From Candidatus Shapirobacteria bacterium (lineage in GTDB: Bacteria > Patescibacteriota > Microgenomatia > UBA12405), in the NCBI GenBank assembly GCA_018062705.1, contig JAGORQ010000005.1:1-50275 (forward strand): 50,275 bases of DNA. The letters are read 5' to 3'. The notes below the pieces were generated by a model. That model saw nothing but the letters and a program-made list of their open reading frames with translations, was not told the origin of the DNA and ran no database searches. The position numbers were made by a program, and so were the translations under genes. Shown here one piece after another: positions 7,291 through 13,761 of the stretch (within the stretch, counting starts at the first letter, position 1; each line of letters opens with the position of its first letter).

Positions 7291-8826
7291 TTATCCAAAT
7301 ATCTCTTTAGCCACATTATATATCTCATCACTATTTTTTGGTTTTTCCTCAGCCGCCAATTCGTCACTCACTTCAACCATCGGCGTATCATTTTTTATTT
7401 CCAGCGGTTTGGTTTTGTCTTTTACCAATAGACATCTGAACCTTAAGTTTAGGTTGAATACATCTTTTAATCCTTTTTCAACAATTTCCCTGTTCTTCGA
7501 CTCTTCCAACTTATCCTTATGAAACGGATAAAACACTTCCAACACCACTTCATGATCCCGAATTTTAACTGGACGGACTGCTCTCAAAAACGCCTCCACT
7601 GAATGATTAAAAGGTTTTACCGCCACCAACACCTTTCCCCACTCCTCCACAATTTTTTCAATTTCAATAACCGAAGTGCCTTTATCAAAAATATTTTCGT
7701 CAGTTAGGTTTTCCTCCAACTTCACTATCACCTCATTTGTTTTTTTGTTTGGTTCTTGGGTATTGGAACTTGGAACTTGTTTGGAAATTGTTTCTTGTTT
7801 CTTGGAACTTAGAAATTCTATTATCGCCAATTCCAATGGCAATTCATCAATCACAGCATCTTTTTCCTGCTTGCCAGCAGTAATTAGCAGGTTTAACCAT
7901 TTCTGCATCTCCTCAACTGTCAGTAAAGTTTTTTCACCACTTACGGCCACAACTATTTTTTTGTGAAAATAAGTCACCAACCTCTCTCGGTATTCTCTAA
8001 AATCTACTCCAATAGTCGCCATCTTTTCAACACCGTCAATTATTTTTTTTAAGTTCCCAGCCACCATGTCCGCCTCCCAATCAATTTCCGCATATTCTCC
8101 GCTAGTTTTATCAAAATATCCCAACACAGCATCTCCTTCTAGTTTTTTTCCCAAAGCCATCACCACTTCATTAAAATTTCTTTGAATATTACGAAAACTA
8201 CCGTCACTTTTAGCTATTATTATCTCCAAAGTAGCCTCATCAACTTCAATTCCTTCGCCTTCAATTGTCCGTTTCAGAGAATTGTGCAACTCTATCTTTT
8301 TCCCTTTTTTAAAATCCACCTTAACCAATCGGGACATCACTGTTTCTGGGATTTTTCCTGGATCGGTAGTACATAAAATAAAAAAGGTGTGTTCTGGCGG
8401 TTCCTCAATCAACTTCAGCAAAGCATTAAAAGCCTCCTTGGTTAACATATGGACCTCATCGATTATAAAAACTTTCCGTTTAAGTTTGGTTGGCAACAAA
8501 TACGCCCTATCTTTCAAAATTCGGATATCTTCAATTCCCCTATTCGAGGCAGCGTCTATCTCCATCACATCCACGCTCCCACCTCGGGCTATCTCGACAC
8601 AATTAGCACACTTATCACAAGCATCTCCTTTTTTTACATCCTCACAATTTACCACCTTGGCTACAATTCTGGCCGCCGACGTTTTTCCTGAGCCTTTTGG
8701 TCCGGTAAACAAAAACGATCTAGGGTAATCCTTAGTAGAAAAAATTTTTACCAGTGCCTCCCCTACTTCTACCGAATCCAACTCCGCTAGAGTTTTGGGT
8801 CGATATTTTAAATGAAAAACTGTCAT
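7291..8826 (-). CDS. dnaX: DNA polymerase III subunit gamma/tau
   Basis: KYRPKTLAEL..., Walker A GPKGSGKTS, zinc module CDKCANC, IDAASNRGIEDIR, and Walker B/sensor IIDEVHMLT. Confidence 0.95.
   Translation of the reverse strand: MTVFHLKYRPKTLAELDSVEVGEALVKIFSTKDYPRSFLFTGPKGSGKTSAARIVAKVVNCEDVKKGDACDKCANCVEIARGGSVDVMEIDAASNRGIEDIRILKDRAYLLPTKLKRKVFIIDEVHMLTKEAFNALLKLIEEPPEHTFFILCTTDPGKIPETVMSRLVKVDFKKGKKIELHNSLKRTIEGEGIEVDEATLEIIIAKSDGSFRNIQRNFNEVVMALGKKLEGDAVLGYFDKTSGEYAEIDWEADMVAGNLKKIIDGVEKMATIGVDFREYRERLVTYFHKKIVVAVSGEKTLLTVEEMQKWLNLLITAGKQEKDAVIDELPLELAIIEFLSSKKQETISKQVPSSNTQEPNKKTNEVIVKLEENLTDENIFDKGTSVIEIEKIVEEWGKVLVAVKPFNHSVEAFLRAVRPVKIRDHEVVLEVFYPFHKDKLEESKNREIVEKGLKDVFNLNLRFRCLLVKDKTKPLEIKNDTPMVEVSDELAAEEKPKNSDEIYNVAKEIFG
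7740..7746 (-). promoter_or_regulatory. candidate slippery A7 run in dnaX (codons K361-K362)
   Basis: The minus strand reads AAC AAA AAA ACA AAT GAG GTG A. The -1 frame gives AAC AAA TGA and the +1 frame gives CAA ATG AGG TGA, so both alternative frames stop within 2-3 codons. Confidence 0.35.
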
Positions 8827-8907
8827 CGTACCATTCTAGTTTAACTGTCCAGTATCATCAATACGACTCTCTATATCAACAACAAAAAAATAAATTAATA
8901 TATTAAT

Positions 8908-8937
8908 TTTTAGAGTTTAGAATTTAGAGTTTGGGTT
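8908..8937. repeat. TAGAGTTT word array
   Basis: ttttagagtttagaatttagagtttgggtt abuts the stop at 8938-8940. Related arrays lie at 32849-32866, 35842-35870 and 46315-46355. Confidence 0.85.
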
Positions 8938-9300
8938 TTATTTCAGTAGGTTCTCCACCCCATGCACTAACCAGTCAAACAGGACCTTATCCAGTGTGCT
9001 TTTTTGGAATTTAACCTCATATTTTAATTTCTGAGTACAAATAACTATGTCACCCAAATGTATCAAACCATCCACCGACTTTACCTTGTCCATCGGAAAC
9101 CCCAACACTTGGGGGTAATAATTTTTTTGCCGGAATTTTAAATTCAGATCTAGCGCCTTTTTTCGTCCCACAAAAATTACACTCAATTCGACATCTTTTT
9201 TCAATCCTTTTTTTATTAATGCTTTTTTCGCCAGCTCCTCCACCATTCTTTCACCCAACCCCCAATTTTTATTATGTTTTATTAGTACAATATTTTCCAC
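8938..9300 (-). CDS. ybeY: YbeY-like protein lacking the full His triad (GTG start)
   Basis: Aligns by eye with YbeY: VELSVIFVGRKKALDLNLKFRQKNYYPQVLGFPMD...LGDIVICTQ...WLVHGVENLLK*. The canonical motif is HGxLHLLGYDH. Only the first His is present and the ORF ends before the third. Confidence 0.6.
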   Translation of the reverse strand: MENIVLIKHNKNWGLGERMVEELAKKALIKKGLKKDVELSVIFVGRKKALDLNLKFRQKNYYPQVLGFPMDKVKSVDGLIHLGDIVICTQKLKYEVKFQKSTLDKVLFDWLVHGVENLLK

Positions 9301-9317
9301 AATAAAAATTTCTAAAC

Positions 9318-9344
9318 TAGAAATTGATTAAAAATTAAAAATTT
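9318..9344. repeat. 27-nt exact repeat (copy 2)
   Basis: Identical to 5636-5662. It lies in the 42-nt spacer between the yqeY stop and the ybeY-like start. Confidence 0.9.
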
Positions 9345-9783
9345 AACTCGCGAGTTTTTCCTTTACGATGCGAGTTACTATCTCTCCCCCCACTCTTCCC
9401 GCCACCTTTTTCATTACCTGTCCCATTACCATTCCAAAATTTACCACTCCAGTATTTTGAGCCAAGACCTCATCAACAATCTTTTCCACCTCAGATTCAT
9501 CCATTTCAATTGGTAAATATTCCTTAACTACCGCTATTTCGTAATCCAACTCCTTCACTAGATCATCCCTGTTACCTTTTACAAACATCTCTCGACTCTC
9601 TTCCTTATTTTTCAACTCTTTTCTTAAAACATTCACTTCATCTGCTTCAACCATCCCCCCAGGTGGCAATTGCATTTCTTTTTTATCAATCAAAGATATC
9701 AAAAAACGCAACACACCCACCCGAGGTTGATCACGGTTTTTCAAAGCTACTACAGCATCATTTTTTAGTTTATCTTTAAGCAT
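9343..9783 (-). CDS. yqeY: GatB/YqeY domain protein
   Basis: LKNDAVVALKNRDQPRVGVLRFLIS...VLRKELKNKEESREMF...DYEIAVVKEYLP...FGMVMGQVMKKVAGRVGG. I place the start at M25 of the track ORF (ATG 9783), giving an 8-nt overlap with rpsU. Confidence 0.85.
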   Translation of the reverse strand: MLKDKLKNDAVVALKNRDQPRVGVLRFLISLIDKKEMQLPPGGMVEADEVNVLRKELKNKEESREMFVKGNRDDLVKELDYEIAVVKEYLPIEMDESEVEKIVDEVLAQNTGVVNFGMVMGQVMKKVAGRVGGEIVTRIVKEKLAS

Positions 9784-9985
9784 GACGACGTTTCTTTGCT
9801 CGGCGACGACATTTTTCGCGCCACAAAATAATTTTTTTCTTAGCGTATCGTTCAACCGAAGGCTTGTTATAAGCAGTCCGCTTACGCACTTCTTCAGTTA
9901 TATCCTCTTCTATTACTAGACGACGAAATTTACCAATAACATCATCTTTTGATTCACCTTTCTTTTTTCTAACTACAATTGGCAT
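9776..9985 (-). CDS. rpsU: 30S ribosomal protein S21
   Basis: MPIVVRKKKGESKDDVIGKFRR...YNKPSVERYAKKK, with a basic tail. Confidence 0.9.
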   Translation of the reverse strand: MPIVVRKKKGESKDDVIGKFRRLVIEEDITEEVRKRTAYNKPSVERYAKKKIILWREKCRRRAKKRRHA

Positions 9986-10044
9986 TAAATTAAAAACACC
10001 TCCAGTTACTTTAACCTATTAACAATCCCGTATTCTAACGATTT

Positions 10045-10725
10045 TTACTTCTTTTGTAAACACTTAATCCTGTCCAGGCTATTCACTACCCCATTAGCAT
10101 CGTAATCAAAATCAGTTCGACATTCTTTTGGCTCACCACTCACACCTGCAGTTTTAGTAACCATCGGTGCTACCGTAATTTTACCTGTCATACACATTAC
10201 AAAATCGACTGTATTTGTTACCCCATCTTTGTTGTAATCAGTGGTACGATCACAACCACCTGCCGGACTAGGCTTTACTAAAACCGAACTTGTTGGAGTT
10301 ACCGCAGATGGAGTCATTTCTGATACGGTTCCTTTGGTTTTAAAGGAATAGGGAATACCGTTATTATCAAAGACTTCCTCCCCTACCCTTATTCTAAAAT
10401 AATAGTTTACGTTCGATTTCAAAGGTGACAGCGACACTCTATGGTCAACCACCGTATCCGGTTCAATTGCTCTCAAAAGTAAACTTGCGGGTGTCGTTCC
10501 ATACTCCACAATTCCTGACACCGACTTATCCGACGACCAAGTAATAATTGCACTTTTACCATCGTCTGAAGGCTTAGCTAATACGTTTTTTGGATCCGAC
10601 CCAGCCGAGGCACCTGACATATATGTTCGGACATTATTTATTCCCAAAACACTCAAGACTCCAACTAAAACCACAATTACCAAAACAATAATTGTTTTAA
10701 TGCTAACTGCACCCCGATTCATCAT
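10045..10725 (-). CDS. secreted FN3/PAP-N-like domain protein with C-terminal dockerin-type repeats
   Basis: N-terminal TM anchor. ITWSSDKSVSGIVEYGTTPA...HRVSLSPLKSNVNYYFRIRV is FN3-like. The dockerin-type repeats are DYNKDGVTNTVDFVMCM and DYDANGVVNSLDRIKCL. Confidence 0.75.
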   Translation of the reverse strand: MMNRGAVSIKTIIVLVIVVLVGVLSVLGINNVRTYMSGASAGSDPKNVLAKPSDDGKSAIITWSSDKSVSGIVEYGTTPASLLLRAIEPDTVVDHRVSLSPLKSNVNYYFRIRVGEEVFDNNGIPYSFKTKGTVSEMTPSAVTPTSSVLVKPSPAGGCDRTTDYNKDGVTNTVDFVMCMTGKITVAPMVTKTAGVSGEPKECRTDFDYDANGVVNSLDRIKCLQKK

Positions 10726-11456
10726 AATATTCTCATAACTGCCCCAGCAATAACCGACATCAAACCAACGACCATCACTATCACAGTTGTTTCCACACTT
10801 CCAGTTCGTGGCAACTCGGTAGAACCACTAGTTGAAGTAGTTGTAGTTGTGGTTGTGGTCGAACTGTTAGATGTCGTAGTCGGTGTCGGAGCGGTGGTCA
10901 CTGTTGTATCAGTAGTCGAGCTAGCAGTAATGGTGTAGGATCCGCTTTGGTTGGAAGTGCAATCAACCACATCTGCCCCAGATTGATTAATAATATTTGA
11001 TTCCGTCACCGAACCTGGTGTACAAGTTAAATTAACAGTCGCCACACCAGTGTTTTTCGCTCTAAAAGTTATTTTTAACAAATCATGATTTGCTACTACA
11101 CCTTCATACACACTTGAGTTAGCTGACGGTAAAGTAATTTCAAATTTACCAACATCATTTTTAATGATTGGCGAACTACTAGTATAAGTAAAATTGTAAC
11201 CACCGTCAGGAATAGTCGCTTTCTGAATTGACACAACTTCCAATTTAGATGAATCAAAGGTTGCTGCTACATCTATTCCGATTACTTTTTCAGTACCAGA
11301 ATCGACACCCAAAACCACATCAAACTGACTTCCGTTAGCGACGCTAGTTGTTGCTGGTGTCAAACTAAAATGTGGTGCTGCTATTGCCTCAACCGGAGAC
11401 ACCAACATCCCTACCATTACTGCGCTAATTAAAAAGGTCAGCTTTTTTAATTTCAT
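10722..11456 (-). CDS. cohesin-domain protein with poly-Thr stalk and LPXTG sortase signal
   Basis: Signal peptide. The cohesin-like sequence is SVANGSQFDVVLGVDSGTEKVIGIDVAATFDSSKLEVVSIQ...LLKITFRAKNTGVATVNL. The C-terminus reads TTTTTTTTSTSGSTE-LPRTG (10800-10814), then a hydrophobic helix and MRIL. Confidence 0.8.
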   Translation of the reverse strand: MKLKKLTFLISAVMVGMLVSPVEAIAAPHFSLTPATTSVANGSQFDVVLGVDSGTEKVIGIDVAATFDSSKLEVVSIQKATIPDGGYNFTYTSSSPIIKNDVGKFEITLPSANSSVYEGVVANHDLLKITFRAKNTGVATVNLTCTPGSVTESNIINQSGADVVDCTSNQSGSYTITASSTTDTTVTTAPTPTTTSNSSTTTTTTTTSTSGSTELPRTGSVETTVIVMVVGLMSVIAGAVMRIL

Positions 11457-12055
11457 TTCTTCACAACATTAATCGTTAATTTGTCTCCCGAGTACGGCAA
11501 TACCTTACTCGTAGCATTCTCTACAAACATGGTAGCAGATTCTTTCATCTCATTACCAGTACTTAATTCAAGATCAAATGTTCCTTCTACCTTAGGCTTT
11601 ATTTCAAATGATACCAATGCCATACTTTCATCTTTTTCTGTTCTAAAACCATCAGCTTCAGTAATCAAATAATTAACTACCACCATATCCTTAGTTGTAC
11701 TTACTTTTGAAAAAGCCGGCTTTGGCAATCGATCATCATAAGATAGTTTTGATATGTCAAATGCTTTTGTGTTTATTTTTAAATAAACATTAGCGGAATC
11801 AATTGACATTGGGTTCAAAGCTCTAGCCAATACTGACACAGTTGCCACTTCACCCACTTTTAATGTTTCCTTATTAGTCACAATTTGTGTCTCAAAAGCC
11901 ACTTCTTTATCAACTTTTTCGGTTGGAGTAGGATTATTTACTATAAAATCTTTAACTCTACCTGCATTCTTAGTAATCAGTATTACACTTTCTAGCAACA
12001 CCAATACAGCCACAATCGGCAAAACTGTTTTTACAAATTTATTATTCTTATCCAT
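11453..12055 (-). CDS. membrane-anchored cohesin-like protein
   Basis: N-terminal TM. LKVGEVATVSVLARALNPMSIDSANVYLKINTKAFDISKL...ALVSFEIKPKVEGTFDLEL. ATGA overlap with the downstream gene. Confidence 0.65.
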   Translation of the reverse strand: MDKNNKFVKTVLPIVAVLVLLESVILITKNAGRVKDFIVNNPTPTEKVDKEVAFETQIVTNKETLKVGEVATVSVLARALNPMSIDSANVYLKINTKAFDISKLSYDDRLPKPAFSKVSTTKDMVVVNYLITEADGFRTEKDESMALVSFEIKPKVEGTFDLELSTGNEMKESATMFVENATSKVLPYSGDKLTINVVKK

Positions 12056-12087
12056 TATTAATTTTTAATTATTAATTATTAATTAGT
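12055..12087. repeat. TAATTAT/TAATTAG word array
   Basis: attattaatttttaattattaattattaattag spans the stop of the 558-aa gene (12083-12085) and the start codon at 12055. Confidence 0.8.
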
Positions 12088-13759
12088 ACAACTGTGCTTG
12101 CTTTTCACTTAGAGACAGCATCAATGTAGCCACATCTTGCGACTCCATTTTACAGTTGCCATTCAGGTCAGCCAACATCGACTCACCAGAAGCAGATTCA
12201 GTTCTCTTAAGTGATTCAGTTTTGACCAAAGAGAAATCACGACCGTCAACTACTCCATCCTGAACATTATTATCACCAGTTACGTCACCACCTAGTAATG
12301 GGTAACCTGAAAAGTCATAAACTGGACTTGATGCCGCATCAGCAATCAAGTTAATTTCACCACCAGCTTGATCATAATAAGTTGCTTGATTGTCACGACC
12401 ATATTTAACTTGCAAATGTTTTGGTCCTTTGACAAACACAGCTAAGTTACTAGTATGGTTAAATCCCTCAAGTGGCAAGCTCACCCTAAACTTCTGCAGA
12501 CCCAAAGTTTGACCTGTTTCTCTAGCAGGAATTACGTTCGAATAAGTTTTCATTGTACCGTCCCCCGCTCTCACCGAAATTGTTAATGGCCAGTCAACAG
12601 CACAGGCAGAATCAGTGGTTACTCCGGCAAAGCTCATTACAAATTTTAAGTACGGTGCTTGGGCCAAGGCCTCGGTTGGAATTGCTGGTACATCAGTCGC
12701 TGTGGGCTGTGGTGGTACATCAGTGGCAGTTGGTTGCAGTGCCGTAGTCACAGTTGGAGTTCGAGTATTGGTTGGTGCCAAGGTGTTTGTTGGTGCACGA
12801 GTGTTTGTTGGAGCCATTGTATTTGTGGGTGCTCGAGTATTTGTAGGTACTGGAGTATCCGTCGCACCAACAACTGGTGTATTAGTAGCTTGTGGTTGTG
12901 TTGGAACTTGAGTTCCTTCCGTCACTGTAAATATAGATCCCGTCACACCATCCACACTGATTGCCATATCGTTACTAGCAGTATTATTACCTGAAATTCT
13001 TGACTTATCCGGAATAATATCAATAGTACCAGTTCCAGTAGCTATAGCTTTAAATTTAACTGTCATCACCTCCACATTTCCCGACTTCAATCGACTAACA
13101 TTGTCTGCCACTACAGTTACCATCAAACATTCTTTCCCGTTGGGACCTGCCTCAACGAAAGATAGTGGAATCGAGTCAAATCCATTCGCATCATTTTTGG
13201 TTATTCTAGTTCCCATCTCTGCCACTGGCATTGAAATCTTTTTGTCATAACACATATACAGTTTGACGTTTTGGATCGCCGCACTCCCACCATCAATAGT
13301 TATTGGAGTGGGTGTTTTTGGCAAATTAGCTGTACATCCTGCTGTCATATTCGTTGTCCAAGCACCACCTGCCGAGGGACAACAAAACACTGCCCCACCA
13401 CAAGAAGCCACTCTACTTGCAGAGTTGCATAAACTTTGCAAAGTACCATCAGATGTCAGATTACAACTTCTCAAAACACCATCCGCGCTTGGACACTCCT
13501 CTGTACAATTAGGTACACGAATAGTTGGAGTAGCTGGCTGTGACGTTACTGTCACCTTGACTGATCCAGAATTTACCCAAACATGTGCCGTCAAATCTTC
13601 CCCTACTCTGGCCGTCATTGAAGAAGGTAAAGTTTGCATCGTCGCTCCGGCAAAAAAAGCTTTATTACGATTGTCTTGATTTCTCTTCACCAGCCACATT
13701 ACTGCTCCCAGTGCTAACAGTAGAACTGCTGTTATTAGGATTGTCTTTTTTTGTTTCAT
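12083..13759 (-). CDS. secreted modular protein: Cys-containing N-region, cohesin-like domain, PT-rich tandem repeats, C-terminal dockerin
   Basis: TM anchor followed by LVKRNQDNRNKA. The cohesin-like end reads MTVKFKAIATGTGTIDIIP. Repeats are (APTNT[RML])x5 and (QPTATDVP[PA])x2. The dockerin reads GDVTGDNNVQDGVVDGRDF...ADLNGNCKMESQDVATLMLSL. Confidence 0.75.
   Translation of the reverse strand: MKQKKTILITAVLLLALGAVMWLVKRNQDNRNKAFFAGATMQTLPSSMTARVGEDLTAHVWVNSGSVKVTVTSQPATPTIRVPNCTEECPSADGVLRSCNLTSDGTLQSLCNSASRVASCGGAVFCCPSAGGAWTTNMTAGCTANLPKTPTPITIDGGSAAIQNVKLYMCYDKKISMPVAEMGTRITKNDANGFDSIPLSFVEAGPNGKECLMVTVVADNVSRLKSGNVEVMTVKFKAIATGTGTIDIIPDKSRISGNNTASNDMAISVDGVTGSIFTVTEGTQVPTQPQATNTPVVGATDTPVPTNTRAPTNTMAPTNTRAPTNTLAPTNTRTPTVTTALQPTATDVPPQPTATDVPAIPTEALAQAPYLKFVMSFAGVTTDSACAVDWPLTISVRAGDGTMKTYSNVIPARETGQTLGLQKFRVSLPLEGFNHTSNLAVFVKGPKHLQVKYGRDNQATYYDQAGGEINLIADAASSPVYDFSGYPLLGGDVTGDNNVQDGVVDGRDFSLVKTESLKRTESASGESMLADLNGNCKMESQDVATLMLSLSEKQAQLY
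12687..12851 (-). repeat. in-frame coding tandem repeats (2 x 27 nt, 5 x 18 nt)
   Basis: The 27-mers lie at 12687-12713 and 12714-12740. The 18-mers run from 12762 to 12851 and encode APTNTR/M/L units. Confidence 0.9.
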
Positions 13760-13761
13760 AG

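Noticed and set aside
9784-9855. The N-terminal 24 codons of track ORF 9343-9855
   Set aside because: They overlap rpsU in another frame. The YqeY homology starts at the internal Met (9783), which gives a typical ATG/TAA 8-nt overlap.
12615-12911. Plus-strand ORFs antisense to the surface-protein genes, for example 12553-12747, 12615-12911, 12659-12994, 13263-13679 and 14093-14410
   Set aside because: They are shadow ORFs of strongly supported minus-strand genes, with low-complexity Val/Gly-rich translations mirroring the Pro/Thr repeats. The same reasoning rejects 876-1184, 1303-1880, 3347-3956, 4054-4398, 7676-8728 and the other antisense entries in the track.
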